64,000 bases of DNA from an uncultured Ruficoccus sp. (GCA_965140785.1 OZ223497.1:160001-224000), one strand, 5' to 3'. Shown: positions 1-10,631, counted from the first letter of the stretch. A program made the numbers and translations. Notes: a model not told the origin generated them from the sequence alone.

Positions 1-971
1 ATTAATCCGAGCATCCCGCTGGGGAGCACTTCCACGCATACTGCAATGTAGGAGGCCTCCGCAGGCAGATTGAAATTCGAATATTTCTCCGCCAGGTCCG
101 GCACAATGATGAGTGCGCCGATGGCCGGGATGAACCAGAATACCGGCAGGACCAGATAGCCGATCAGTGGAATGAAGGCCGACTTGCGGGCATGCTTGTC
201 GTCCTTGGCCATGATGTATTTGGCCGCCCCGAAGGCGATGCTGTTTTTCTGGTAGATGCCCCAGATCAGGGCGGTCGTGACATAGAGCCAGTCGTACTTG
301 ATCGAGCCGAGGGGTTTGAAAAACTCCCAGTGGCTGCTGGGGATTTGCGAGATAAACGAAGAGAATCCTCCGACATGATGAATGGTCAGCCCGGCCACGC
401 CGATGCTGCATCCGATAAGCATGAGTGTCTGCACGAACTCGCCTGCGCTCACGGCCCACTTCCCCCCGACAGTGGCCAGGATGATAATCGTGCAACTGGC
501 CACCACGATAACCGGGATCTGGCTGATCCCGAACACGCTGGAGAGAAGAATCGACAGCGCCACCAGCCAGACAGCCCCGCCGACATAGGAGGTGATGATT
601 TGCAGCCAGGTGAACAACTGCTCGTTACCCCTTCCGAAGCGCATGCGAACAGCATCCATGGCCGTGATCAGACGCAGCCGTCGAAAACGGGAAGAGAACC
701 AGATGACGGAGATGACAAAGCCGGCAATGTCGATGAGCGGGATGCTGAAAAACAGGATACCGTAGGAGTAGGCCATGCTGGCCGCCCCGGTAAATGTCCA
801 GGCGCTGAAGTTCGTCACCAGGGCACTCGCCCCGAGTAACCACCAGTTCATTTTTCGACCCCCGGCGAAAAAATCATTTCCGCCCTTGTTGAGCTTCTTG
901 AAAATAAAACCGATGGATGCCATGAACGCGAAGTAGAACACAATCATGGCGTAGTCGTAGATCGTCAGCAT
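1..971 (-). CDS. Sodium:solute symporter (SSS family), runs off window start
   Basis: Not in the ORF track. Manual minus-strand translation from ATG 971: MLTIYDYAMIVFYFAFMASIGFIFKKLNKGGNDFFAGGRKMNWWLLGASALVTNFSAWTFTGAASMAY, a typical SSS N-terminus followed by hydrophobic helices. Confidence 0.9.
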   Translation of the reverse strand, partial: MLTIYDYAMIVFYFAFMASIGFIFKKLNKGGNDFFAGGRKMNWWLLGASALVTNFSAWTFTGAASMAYSYGILFFSIPLIDIAGFVISVIWFSSRFRRLRLITAMDAVRMRFGRGNEQLFTWLQIITSYVGGAVWLVALSILLSSVFGISQIPVIVVASCTIIILATVGGKWAVSAGEFVQTLMLIGCSIGVAGLTIHHVGGFSSFISQIPSSHWEFFKPLGSIKYDWLYVTTALIWGIYQKNSIAFGAAKYIMAKDDKHARKSAFIPLIGYLVLPVFWFIPAIGALIIVPDLAEKYSNFNLPAEASYIAVCVEVLPSGMLGL

Positions 972-1098
972 TGGGAAATGGGTTGCGTTGGTGACTCAAC
1001 AATGGGGCAGGCTGCCCTAAGCCTGATCCAATAGGCAATGAGTTCAGAGCTCATTTTTAGATCAGCAACGAGGAGGGAAATGCTGTCTAGGAGAAGGA

Positions 1099-2646
1099 TT
1101 ACGGAGTCCAGGTGTCCCCTGTGTAATCCAGCCACTTCTGCAGCTCGGTGGTTAGCTCAGCAACCACTTTCGGCTGTTCATCCGCCAGATTATGCATTTG
1201 GAACGGATCATCTTTGTTATTATATAGCCTTACAAATGGCTTATTGATATCGCGACTTTTGCTCAGTATTACGAAGGTGTATTGTTCAGTACGAACCCCG
1301 CGGCTTCCGCCGACATAAAAATTACAGTAATACGACGACTTTGGTCGTTCACCTTCCCCCGTCAGGAAACTTGAGGAAAAATCGCTGCCTTGTACCGCTG
1401 GCGGAATCTGGCTATGTAGTCCAGTCAAGCCCAGCAATGTCGGCATAATGTCCGGGGAATTAAACAGGAGGTTGTCTTTGCGTGGCGCGATTTTTCCAGG
1501 CCAGCGGACAATAAAAGGAACTCCGAAAGCTTCTTCATAAGGCTGCGGCTTCCCGCGTAGACCATGACTGGCCAACATTTCGCCGTGATCGGATGTAAAC
1601 ACAACAATCGTGTCATCTTCAATGCCTTCCTGACGTAACGTATCGAGTAGTCGTCCGAATTGTTCGTCGATTCCTGTAATCGCTGCGAAATATTCCTTGG
1701 AATATTGGGAGACCGCTGCGCCTTTTTTTGTTTTAGTGTCGATATTGGGGCGAACCAGTAGTTCCTGATCTGTTTTTCCGCTGTAGTTATCCAGATATTT
1801 ATCAGGGACCTGATCGAACGGCGGATGAGGAGGGTTATAGGAAATAAATAATGCGAACGGCTTTTGGGGGGCACGATACTTCCCGTCTGGGTTCTTAATG
1901 TACTCCACAGCAATGTCAGTTTCATGTTCCGGCGACCACTTGTTAATGGTGAAATGCTCCATGCGTGGCGTATCACGCTTCCAATAGTGTGGCGTAAGAT
2001 GCTCATCGCAGCAGCCGTAAGAATACCAGAAATAAAATCCGTGTCGCCGATCCGGTGGCGTCCACTCATCCCACCAAACAGGACCTCTTGGGGATGGGCG
2101 GGGCTTAAAGACATAGGGAGCTTGGGGTGGCTCCAAATGCCACTTTCCGATATAGCCCATGCTGTACCCGTTATCCGCCATAACATCGGAAATACAACGC
2201 TCTTCTTTATGCAGGTGATTGCCATCATCCGCAGTGGAGCGGCAGTTCATTTTTACGCCATGTGCTATTGGATATTTTCCGGTCAGCATGCTGGCACGGT
2301 GAGGACTGCAAACTGGCAATGTGCTGACTGCATCCGTCAGAACCAGACTCTCGGCAGCAAATCGATCAATATTCGGTGTGATGACTGGATCTGCATCCAT
2401 AAAACCGAGAGCCTGACGTCGGAGCTGATCCGGAAAAACATACAGGACGTTTGGCCGCTTGCCGGAAGCTTTCACGTTGGCAGCTAATCCAGTTCCTGAC
2501 AGGACTGCGGCTGATACTGCAATCGTCAGTTTTGAAAATTGCCGTCGCGTCAAAGACTGTTTCCTCAATGAGCTTTGCTGGTCGGAGGATAGAGGCTTGC
2601 TCTCTGTATTAAGTATCTCATTTGAAAGTGTCGGTATCTTTCTCAT
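1099..2646 (-). CDS. Sulfatase (formylglycine-dependent), Tat-type signal
   Basis: CSPHRASMLTG (CxPxR) signature, GKWHL and FTSDHG motifs; N-terminal RRQF twin-arginine-like signal. Confidence 0.93.
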   Translation of the reverse strand: MRKIPTLSNEILNTESKPLSSDQQSSLRKQSLTRRQFSKLTIAVSAAVLSGTGLAANVKASGKRPNVLYVFPDQLRRQALGFMDADPVITPNIDRFAAESLVLTDAVSTLPVCSPHRASMLTGKYPIAHGVKMNCRSTADDGNHLHKEERCISDVMADNGYSMGYIGKWHLEPPQAPYVFKPRPSPRGPVWWDEWTPPDRRHGFYFWYSYGCCDEHLTPHYWKRDTPRMEHFTINKWSPEHETDIAVEYIKNPDGKYRAPQKPFALFISYNPPHPPFDQVPDKYLDNYSGKTDQELLVRPNIDTKTKKGAAVSQYSKEYFAAITGIDEQFGRLLDTLRQEGIEDDTIVVFTSDHGEMLASHGLRGKPQPYEEAFGVPFIVRWPGKIAPRKDNLLFNSPDIMPTLLGLTGLHSQIPPAVQGSDFSSSFLTGEGERPKSSYYCNFYVGGSRGVRTEQYTFVILSKSRDINKPFVRLYNNKDDPFQMHNLADEQPKVVAELTTELQKWLDYTGDTWTP

Positions 2647-2797
2647 TTTATCTAGTACTTATTGTATTGAAGACATGAAAAATCTATCTCGCGTATGACA
2701 TCTATACGCGATAATCTACAGAAAACTCTAAAGGAGATTCACCTACAGCCCTTCCGGCGGAAGGAAATGCTGTTGGTGGAATATCGCCTTTTGCACG

Positions 2798-3643
2798 TTA
2801 GTCTTTCTTTGACCGCTGATTGCGAAGCAGGGCTACAACTGCGGAGAGCCCGACCAGCCAGAGCGCGGCTTGCTCTGGTTCAGGTATCTGGTGGCTGATA
2901 TCCGCTCCCTCGAAGAGGTAAACATCGTCGAGATACGCCTCGCGCGATAAGCCCGAATAGTCCGTGGAGAAGCGGAAGGTCGTCATGTCGTTGCCTCCTT
3001 CGGTATAGACCGTGGAGCCGGATACCACCGCGATGTTATTTCCCTTCAGGACTCCGTCGATCCAGATGTCGAAGGTCAGTGAGGCGACACTGTCGGAGCC
3101 ATCATTATAGGAAACCGCCGAGTTGGAGGTGTTCACCACCATGTCCACCCGGTGGAGGGTATCCTGACTGTATGCCGCAGCGAAGGTATTGTCCAAGTCG
3201 CTGAGTACACCGCCGTTGAAGGTGGCCTGAAAAGCGTAGTTTTCCCTCGTGTTATTGTTTTCCCCGAGGGTGAGCCTGAACTTGGTGCCGTTTACGGCGC
3301 TGGACTCATAGTAAAAAAAGCTCAATGTCGCCACCTGGAAGTTCATGCCGGTGGCATCCATACGAGTACTACCTGTGTTGGTCGTATCTCTGACCTGGAG
3401 GATTTTATTGCTGGTTCCCTGGCCGAAACTGTCCGCGGGGCTGAGGGGGGAGCCGTCGTCGAGCACCACGTCCAGCGTGGCATTCGTCGCGGTTGTGATG
3501 GAACTCCATTTGGGGCCGGTTAGTGGCGAGTCCGCCGTGTAGGATTCGAAATTGTCGGAGAAAAGAATGGTCTGCGCGTGGGAGATTGTGGCGGCTGCGA
3601 CCATCGTCAATACTAGGCTGGGGTAATACGTTAGTTTGTTCAT
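2798..3643 (-). CDS. PEP-CTERM sorting domain protein
   Basis: Signal peptide, beta-rich body, C-terminal IPEP + hydrophobic helix + basic tail (RNQRSKKD). Confidence 0.88.
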   Translation of the reverse strand: MNKLTYYPSLVLTMVAAATISHAQTILFSDNFESYTADSPLTGPKWSSITTATNATLDVVLDDGSPLSPADSFGQGTSNKILQVRDTTNTGSTRMDATGMNFQVATLSFFYYESSAVNGTKFRLTLGENNNTRENYAFQATFNGGVLSDLDNTFAAAYSQDTLHRVDMVVNTSNSAVSYNDGSDSVASLTFDIWIDGVLKGNNIAVVSGSTVYTEGGNDMTTFRFSTDYSGLSREAYLDDVYLFEGADISHQIPEPEQAALWLVGLSAVVALLRNQRSKKD

Positions 3644-3813
3644 AGGAAGCTAGTAAATCCTCGACCAGTTGGGGGCACAAACCCGAGCTTACGAAAACAG
3701 TTGCGTTAGATGGACGCTCCGGTCTTTGTAACTTTGTCCAGACTGCTTAACGCATCCATACGCCCTTTGGCCGCCTTCATTATAAGGCGTTCAACCGGGG
3801 GTTGAGTATGCGA

Positions 3814-5110
3814 TTTAGGTTTCCTTGTTTCTTTACAGCGACTTATGGCTTTCTGAAAAAGTTAGCTTGAAGCCGTAAGCTTTCCGTTTGTTGAGCAAGT
3901 TGGCGGGGTGGGGGAAGCTGCGAATCGCTGATCGATTAACCGCCAGCAGCAGCAAGTCATCGACTATTTGGTCGAGGTACCGAACTGAGGCGTAGCCTCG
4001 GTGACAAAGCGTAGCGCCCAAACCGTGTCCTTCGCGAGCAACTCGACATCCATGCCAAGGGCAAGCGCATTCGTTTCAACGCGAACCAACGCAGGCGCTT
4101 GGCAGAGAAAGGCCGTTGCCTGGGGCGTAAGATGCTGATGAAGATCGCGACGCTCGTGACGCCGGAGACGATCTATCGTTGGCATCGCCAATTCGTCGCA
4201 ATGGCTTATGGTCCGAAGGGCCACGATCATTCCGTAGTTCATGCGCGGCGGGCCGAGCGCAATGCGCTCATCATCAAGCTTGCGGTTGAGAACACGGGGT
4301 GGGGATACACGCGCATCCAAGGGGTGATGCAGAATCTCGGTTATCCGAAACTGAGCACTTCGACCATCGGGGAGGTGCTGCGAGAGGCTGGTATCCGGCC
4401 TTCGCCGGAGCGCGGCAGTCGCTTGGATTGGAAGATGTTCATTCGCGTTCATGCCGATCAGCTTGCTGCCACAGACTTCTTCATGGTGCCGGTGTGGACC
4501 TTGCGCGGACTGGCCATGTACCGGGTGCATTTCGTGATCGATCTGCTGACGCGAAAGGTGGAGATCACGCATATCGGTTGCCAATACTCCGGAGAGTTGA
4601 TGCTCCAAATTGCCCGGAACCTGACGGATGCGTTCGAGGGATTCCTGACCGGCAAGAAATACCTGCTGCACGATCGGGATACTCTCTTTACAAATGCGTT
4701 CCGCGAGTTGCTGCGTAGCAGTGGCACTACCCCTTTCAGGCTTCCTCCATGCATGCCGGTGATGAACGGCGGGCGCTACGCCAGCCCGCCCGGCTACGCC
4801 GAGTGCTTCGTCAAGTCGATCAAGCGTGTACCGAGCCTGCGAAGCGGCGACAAAGCGAAGCGCCTATGCCTGGCCAAGATGATTTTCTTCAGCGAGGATG
4901 CTCGTGCGGGAGGCCATCGCTCAATACGTGCGGCATTATCACCATGAAAGGCCGCATCAGGGCCGCGACAACCAGATCATTGAGCCGGACGTGGCAACCT
5001 TTCGCAATCAAGGCCCGATCCGAAAAATCGCACACATCGGAGGGCTCCTGAACCACTACTATCGTGATCCATTACCGAAAATCGAGGAAGAGGAGGGTAG
5101 GGCCGCATGA
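3814..5110 (+). mobile_element. Degenerate IS: integrase-core (DDE, IS3/IS481-like) transposase pseudogene, copy 1
   Basis: Pieces read ..LLSKLAGW / INRQQQQVIDYLVE / NRVLREQL..WGYTRIQG..ATDFF..HDRD..YAECFVKSIK..YHHERPHQG. Internal stop at 3876, four short inserts, frameshift near 4903. Homologous to 18606-19043. Confidence 0.85.
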
Positions 5111-5683
5111 GCTTTCCCGATAGTCACTTTTCTTCAAAAAATGCCCGAGGTCGATGCTCGGGTGACTCCTTCCCCATCGACTCATATGCCCTGAATCGGC
5201 AAAATCGCGGGCCTATGAGTTCGCCCTTCAACGAGCAAACGAAAGGACTGATTTTGAGTTTAGAAGCTATAGCGCTAGAACGGAGAAAATACTAGAAGTA
5301 TCTATTTATCAATTTCTTGAGAGAAATTGGTTGTCGAAATCCCTGAGTAGTGAATGCCATGTTTTACCTTCTGACCTTAATCATAATGCTATTATTGCCG
5401 CGCTAAAAAATGGAGATCGTGCGCATCGAATTCTCGATCAGAAGGCTTGGGATTTAATTCGTGAGAGAGTTCTAAAGTCGGGAGAGGCCAATGTCAGGAT
5501 CGCTTCTATTGCTTTTAGAATTGCCGGGGCACAAACAGCAGGTCCAGGTCTTGTGTCATGAACCTACGCCTGCTCAAGCCAGGCGAACTGGAGCGACGCT
5601 TGATGACGAGGGATCATTGAAAACAACGCTGTTGGACTCCTGTGCCGGGGACGGGCTTGCTTTGGGGTTCGTCGAAGTCTCGT

Positions 5684-6520
5684 CTATTTTTGGGCCTCGG
5701 CGCTTTCTTTCTGCAGCACGCGCTTGACCTCGTTGAGCAGGAGGGGGAAGGCTGGGCGCTCCATCCCGTGTCCGTAGCCGTCCAGCTCCATGATGCGGGT
5801 GTCCTTGTGCCCGGCGACGCGCATCATACGCATCATGTAGGCGTTTTCCTCGTAGCGGCCGAGTAATTCCAGCTCGCGGTCACCGGTGATCAGGAGCAGG
5901 GGCGGGGCGTCCGCGCGGACATAATACAGCGGCGCGTATTCGTCGATGACCGGGCGCTCCCAAGGGATGCCCTCTTCCTTGCGAATGGTGAAGTGCGTGA
6001 TCGTGTGCCCGCTGAAAGGGATGAGCCCGGCAATGCGGTTGGCGTCGATGCCGTAGTCGGCCAGGAGGGCCTTGTCCAAGCCCACCATGCTGGCGAGGTA
6101 GCCGCCGGCGGAATGGCCGGATAGGAATATCTTATCGGGGTCGCCGCCATACTCGCCGATGTGCTCGAAGACCCAGGCCACCGCGGCGGCGGCGTCATCG
6201 ACAGATGTCTTGCCGGAGACTTTGGGCGAGAGGCGGTAGTTGGGCGAGACGACCGCGTAGCCCTTGTTGCGGATTTCGCCGGGGAGGTACTTCTTCCCCT
6301 GTTCCAGGCCGCCGCCATGGAAATAGACGATGGTCGCGAAGTCCTCGACATCCTCCGGATAACTCATGTCCAGTACGCACATTTCGTCGCTGTAGGCGTC
6401 CTGACCGGTTTCGCGGTAGGGAATGTCCTTGAGGACTTTTTCGCCCGCGTGGATGGCGGAGGTGAGCGCGGCCATCAGTGTAAACAGTAAGCCCAGATGA
6501 GGAAGGAGTCGGTAGGTCAT
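5684..6520 (-). CDS. Alpha/beta hydrolase (secreted carboxylesterase)
   Basis: HGGG oxyanion motif, GHSAG nucleophile elbow, signal peptide; overlaps the upstream gene by 4 nt. Confidence 0.9.
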   Translation of the reverse strand: MTYRLLPHLGLLFTLMAALTSAIHAGEKVLKDIPYRETGQDAYSDEMCVLDMSYPEDVEDFATIVYFHGGGLEQGKKYLPGEIRNKGYAVVSPNYRLSPKVSGKTSVDDAAAAVAWVFEHIGEYGGDPDKIFLSGHSAGGYLASMVGLDKALLADYGIDANRIAGLIPFSGHTITHFTIRKEEGIPWERPVIDEYAPLYYVRADAPPLLLITGDRELELLGRYEENAYMMRMMRVAGHKDTRIMELDGYGHGMERPAFPLLLNEVKRVLQKESAEAQK

Positions 6521-8106
6521 GGTTGGTTCTCGTTGCTAAAGATTTCGCCGGCCTGGGAGCGGCGTGTCAGATTCATGAAGTGGTCGGGGCTTTGCCAGCG
6601 ACCGTCCCAGTAGTAATCGTAAGTACGATTGATGCCGGTGCCTTCACCCAGGTCGTTCCAGGTGGCCAGCACGAGGATATCGGAGTCGCGGGTCTGATCG
6701 AGGACGTGCTTGAGAATGGCATCGTTTTTGGCCAGGATATCACCGGCGTTGGCACGGCGCTCGGTGTTCTCGTTCCATCGGCTGGTGCTGTCCCAGCGCG
6801 GCATGCTGTGGCTGAGGGAGACGCCGTTGAGGGTGCTGGTGGCGACGTTCCCCGGTTGATTAAAGGTGTACCACAGGAAGCTTGCGTCGGAGACCTCCTC
6901 AATTTCGCGATTCAGCATGAAGGCCTGGTCCATGGCGACGAACGGCTCCTCGCCAAAGTCCTCCAGAAAGTGAACCTTCATCCGGTCGATGACTTCGGCC
7001 AGGTTCTGCGGGTTGAGCAAGGTGTTGCTGTTGTAGAAATAGATGAAGGGCCGTCCATCCACCGTGTACCAGTGCTCGCGCGGGAGCTTGGAAAAGAAGG
7101 GCTTCCACTTGGCTTCATAGAGGAGCTTGGCGGTCGCCTCCTCATCCGCACAATCGGGGCGTTGCTCCCAGAAGGTGCTGAACCAGGGCTGGCCCCAGGT
7201 CCAGGTGTCGTCGAGCATGCCGATCTTGATCACGTCGTCGCCATTCTCGCGTTGGAGGCGTTCAAGGGCTTCGTTGAGGGGCTGCATGTTCTTGTCGTCG
7301 AGATCCGGCCCGTAGACATTGAGGAGGACGAAGTCGAGACCGGCATAGCGCGCGTCCTTGAGTTCGCGGTACCAGAAGCCGGCGTTTTGCGGGTGGTAGT
7401 AGCCGCGGTGAGGCGAGCGGGGCGTGTCCCCGGCAAAGGTGTAGATGGGGGCGGGCTCGAACATGCCGGGGGAGTGGTTGTTGGCCCAGCCGGGGCCGCC
7501 GTTGGGGGCACGCGGTGAGGTGAAAAAGAACATGAAAACCGCTCCGAGGTCGCGGTCGATGACTTTAGGCGGCGGCTCGGTGAGGGCGACCTGCTCGCTC
7601 CAGGGGTCGCTGTAGCTCCAGGTCGGGCTCACGTTTGCCTCTTCGGCCAGCAGGAGGGCCAGGTCGATGCGGCGCGGGGCCTGCTCGGTGCCCAGGAGCG
7701 CAGCGCGGGAGTGGACCCAGTCTTCCTTCGGATGCTTGCCGGTCAACTGTGCCCACAGGCAACGGACAAAGGCTTCCGGGCTCTCGCCCAAGTTGACGTC
7801 AACGACGTTGGTTTGGGTCAGCGTCTGAGGATCGACCTCAGGCTTGAGTTTGAACTCCCCGGTCGCGATAGGGTCCGAGGCTGCCGTTGTTTTCTTTGTC
7901 TGCGTTGTAGCCGGGGGCGTGAGCGTCCCGGCTTGCGCTTCTGAGGGAGATGTCAGGTCGGTGGTGGCCTGCTGTTTCGGCGCGGGCGCGGCTTTTTTTT
8001 CAGCGACAGAGGGAGGTTGAGGGCGGTCGGGAGCGTCGCATCCCGCCAGAGCCAGGATGAGAAGGAGTAGGGAGATGCCCGGCTTTTTGAGGATTTGGTG
8101 TGTCAT
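6517..8106 (-). CDS. Lipoprotein, putative glycoside hydrolase (DUF5010 / GH99-GH71-like barrel)
   Basis: Lipobox LAGC, Pro/Thr/Ala linker, GLDFVL, DGRPFIYFY and TWNDLGEGTGI motifs. Confidence 0.65.
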   Translation of the reverse strand: MTHQILKKPGISLLLLILALAGCDAPDRPQPPSVAEKKAAPAPKQQATTDLTSPSEAQAGTLTPPATTQTKKTTAASDPIATGEFKLKPEVDPQTLTQTNVVDVNLGESPEAFVRCLWAQLTGKHPKEDWVHSRAALLGTEQAPRRIDLALLLAEEANVSPTWSYSDPWSEQVALTEPPPKVIDRDLGAVFMFFFTSPRAPNGGPGWANNHSPGMFEPAPIYTFAGDTPRSPHRGYYHPQNAGFWYRELKDARYAGLDFVLLNVYGPDLDDKNMQPLNEALERLQRENGDDVIKIGMLDDTWTWGQPWFSTFWEQRPDCADEEATAKLLYEAKWKPFFSKLPREHWYTVDGRPFIYFYNSNTLLNPQNLAEVIDRMKVHFLEDFGEEPFVAMDQAFMLNREIEEVSDASFLWYTFNQPGNVATSTLNGVSLSHSMPRWDSTSRWNENTERRANAGDILAKNDAILKHVLDQTRDSDILVLATWNDLGEGTGINRTYDYYWDGRWQSPDHFMNLTRRSQAGEIFSNENQP

Positions 8107-8109
8107 GGA

Positions 8110-10539
8110 CTAACGGGATAGTGAGACGGAAGTGGGGGCACAGCACTCGACGATACCGTGGGTGGAAAGCTCGATAGGCTGGCTCTGGGCGGCGGGGAAG
8201 GGCGCCCCGGCCAACTGGACTTCACACGGTGTCACGGACAAGGTATGGTTTTTCCCTTGTCCCTGAAGGGTGATACTGGAGAAATCATCATAGAGGATCA
8301 AGCTCAGTACAAAGGGAGATTGGTCCGCCTCGATGGTGTCGAACGTTACCTTCAGCACGCCGTTGTCGGCATGCGCTTCCAGCTTAAAGCGTGAGGTGTG
8401 GCCTGTGCCGGGGCAGCTAATGCCGTCGTCGCTGTGATAGTCGAGACGGGCTGTTTCGCGGGAGTTTTTGCGCAGAATGACATGGACTTCGAGCGTGTTC
8501 AAGTCCCTGGCCTGCGAAGCATTCCTGATCTCTCCGGGGCACATCGGGATCATATGGCCCTCCCGCAGGAAGAAGCCGGTATCCATGTCTTTCATGGTTC
8601 GCTTGATGTGTCCGCCGCCTTCCTGCCACTGGCCCGATGAGGTGTCGAACCATCCGGTAGCGGGCATGGTGATCTCGCGGCTGTCGGTGTGCTCTTCGAC
8701 GATGGGCGCCTGCATGATGGCCTCACCGACCATGAACTGGTCTCCGACATGGTCGAGGCGGCCTTGCGGGTCCTTGAAGGCGTAATACAAGGGCTGCAGG
8801 ATGGGATCTCCGTCGCGGGCCTGGCGGTGAAAACACTGGTAGAGATAGGGCAGCAGCTTGTAGCGCAGGCGGATGTAGTGGATGATGATGTCGCGCACCG
8901 GAGCGCTAAACTGCCAGGGCTCCTGTGGGGGAGAGAATTTTACACTATGGTTGCGAAAGAAGGGGAAGAGGAAGCCGGCCTTGTGCCAGTCAATGGCGAG
9001 GGCGGGGCTCGGCTCGCCCGCGAAACCGGGCACGTCGGGGCCGTTGAAGGGCACCCCGGAAATCGACAGGTTCAGGGACATGGCGATGCCCTCGCGCAGG
9101 TGGCGGTAATTGGACCAGTTGTCTCCGGTCCACAGGGCGCTGAAACGTTGCGTACTAATGAAACCGCTACGGCTGATGACAAAGGCGCGCTGCTCGGGGC
9201 GGGCCAGTTCCAGTCCGGCCAGGGTGGCCTGCTGCATGAGTAGCGCGTACTGGTTGTGGTAGGCTTCGTGGGGCTCGCGGCCGTCGTCGAAGCGCATGTC
9301 CTCCAGTTCCGAGGAGGCGGTGGAGGGGTCGTTCATGTCGATCCAGTATCCGTCGAAGCCGTAGGTCTGAGTGAAGGCCATAACCTGCTGTGCCCACCAG
9401 GATTGAGTGCGCTCCAGGGAAAAGTCGGGAAAGGCTGTCCGGCCTGGCCAGACAAAGCCCGAGTAGATGCCTGCCTCGCAGGTCTTGCAGTAGATGTCAC
9501 ATTCTTGCCCGCTGTCGAAGACGTCGAAGCCGGGCTCGTGTTTGACGCCGGGGTCCAGGATCGGGACGACTTTACGGCCTTTGGCCTGCAGGCGGGCAAT
9601 GCGTTCGGCGTGGTCCTCGAAGCCGTCGTTGACCGTGAAAACCCGGTAGGCGTCCATGTAATCGATGTCCAGCCAGAGACCGTCGCAGGGAATTTCCAGT
9701 TCGTCAAATTTACGGTCGAGTTCTTCCAGGTCGGCCAGGTCCCGGTAGCCGAAGCGGCACTGGTGGTAGCCCAGTGCCCATAGGGGGGGCAAGGGGGTAA
9801 GCCCGCTCAGGCGTTGGAGCTTGCGGGTGACCTCGGCAGGGGTCTGGCCGAGGATAAAGTAAACATCCGGCGTGCCGTCGTAGGCACCGATCTGGAGCGA
9901 GGGGGCCTGTTTTTCGTCGGCGTCGAGGAGGTTGGCGATGTTTTCCTCGGCGGCCAGGTTCATGAATACCGGGTAAGGGTTGTCGATGAGGATGCCGAGG
10001 CAGCCCTGGGGTTGCTTGATCAGCAGGTAGGGAATCGAGGCGTAGAGCGGATCGGTCTCGCAGTGTTCGGCCCGCCGGAACCCGAAATCGGCCAGCACGT
10101 CGGTGTTCCAGAACTTGCAGATTTGTCCGGTCTTCTCGAAACCGGTGTGTTTTTCGCCCAGCCCGTACAGGCGCATCTGCGGGTCGTGCGAGAAGCTCAT
10201 GATCCACTTCTGCCCGAGGACGCCGAAGGCCAGGCCCGTTTCCGAAACCAGCAGGGGCTGGTCGTGGAGTCGGAACGTCAGTGCCCCGTCTTCGCCCAGG
10301 ATGGCGGTGCCCGGATGGTCGGAGTTGGCAAAGCCGGAGGCGTCCAGCACGGCGCGGCTCATTTGACGCCACTGGGGTACGTTCACCGTGAGCCGGAAGA
10401 CCCCTTCGCCGCAGTTCTGAAGGGTGTGCGGGTAGGCTTCGCGGTTGGCTGGATGAAGGAGAGGCTGCCCTGCGTGCAGGGTGCGAAAATTGGCCGCCGG
10501 GGGAACCTTGTTGAAAAACATGCCCCTTAGCATACCCAT
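8110..10539 (-). CDS. Glycoside hydrolase family 31 (alpha-glucosidase-like)
   Basis: YGLGEK, WALGYHQCR, WLDIDYM, WIDMNDP nucleophile, WTGDN acid/base, FFRNH. Confidence 0.93.
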   Translation of the reverse strand: MGMLRGMFFNKVPPAANFRTLHAGQPLLHPANREAYPHTLQNCGEGVFRLTVNVPQWRQMSRAVLDASGFANSDHPGTAILGEDGALTFRLHDQPLLVSETGLAFGVLGQKWIMSFSHDPQMRLYGLGEKHTGFEKTGQICKFWNTDVLADFGFRRAEHCETDPLYASIPYLLIKQPQGCLGILIDNPYPVFMNLAAEENIANLLDADEKQAPSLQIGAYDGTPDVYFILGQTPAEVTRKLQRLSGLTPLPPLWALGYHQCRFGYRDLADLEELDRKFDELEIPCDGLWLDIDYMDAYRVFTVNDGFEDHAERIARLQAKGRKVVPILDPGVKHEPGFDVFDSGQECDIYCKTCEAGIYSGFVWPGRTAFPDFSLERTQSWWAQQVMAFTQTYGFDGYWIDMNDPSTASSELEDMRFDDGREPHEAYHNQYALLMQQATLAGLELARPEQRAFVISRSGFISTQRFSALWTGDNWSNYRHLREGIAMSLNLSISGVPFNGPDVPGFAGEPSPALAIDWHKAGFLFPFFRNHSVKFSPPQEPWQFSAPVRDIIIHYIRLRYKLLPYLYQCFHRQARDGDPILQPLYYAFKDPQGRLDHVGDQFMVGEAIMQAPIVEEHTDSREITMPATGWFDTSSGQWQEGGGHIKRTMKDMDTGFFLREGHMIPMCPGEIRNASQARDLNTLEVHVILRKNSRETARLDYHSDDGISCPGTGHTSRFKLEAHADNGVLKVTFDTIEADQSPFVLSLILYDDFSSITLQGQGKNHTLSVTPCEVQLAGAPFPAAQSQPIELSTHGIVECCAPTSVSLSR

Positions 10540-10565
10540 CGGGCCCGGAGGAGATAGCTCGCGTC

Positions 10566-10580
10566 TGTTTTACGTAAACA
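10566..10580. promoter_or_regulatory. Putative LacI operator A, site 1 (TGTTTTACGTAAACA)
   Basis: Palindromic core TTTACGTAAA in the divergent intergenic region; repeated at three other promoters of the locus. Confidence 0.75.
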
Positions 10581-10631
10581 TGGGGGCGCGTTGCCGTTGG
10601 GGGCTTTCCAAGGGAGGGTAAAGCCTCGTAA

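Noticed and set aside
192..839. 215-aa plus-strand ORF
   Set aside because: Antisense shadow of the SSS transporter on the minus strand.
5107..5680. Short AT-rich ORFs after the transposase
   Set aside because: Fragmentary, with no recognisable motif; coding status cannot be supported.
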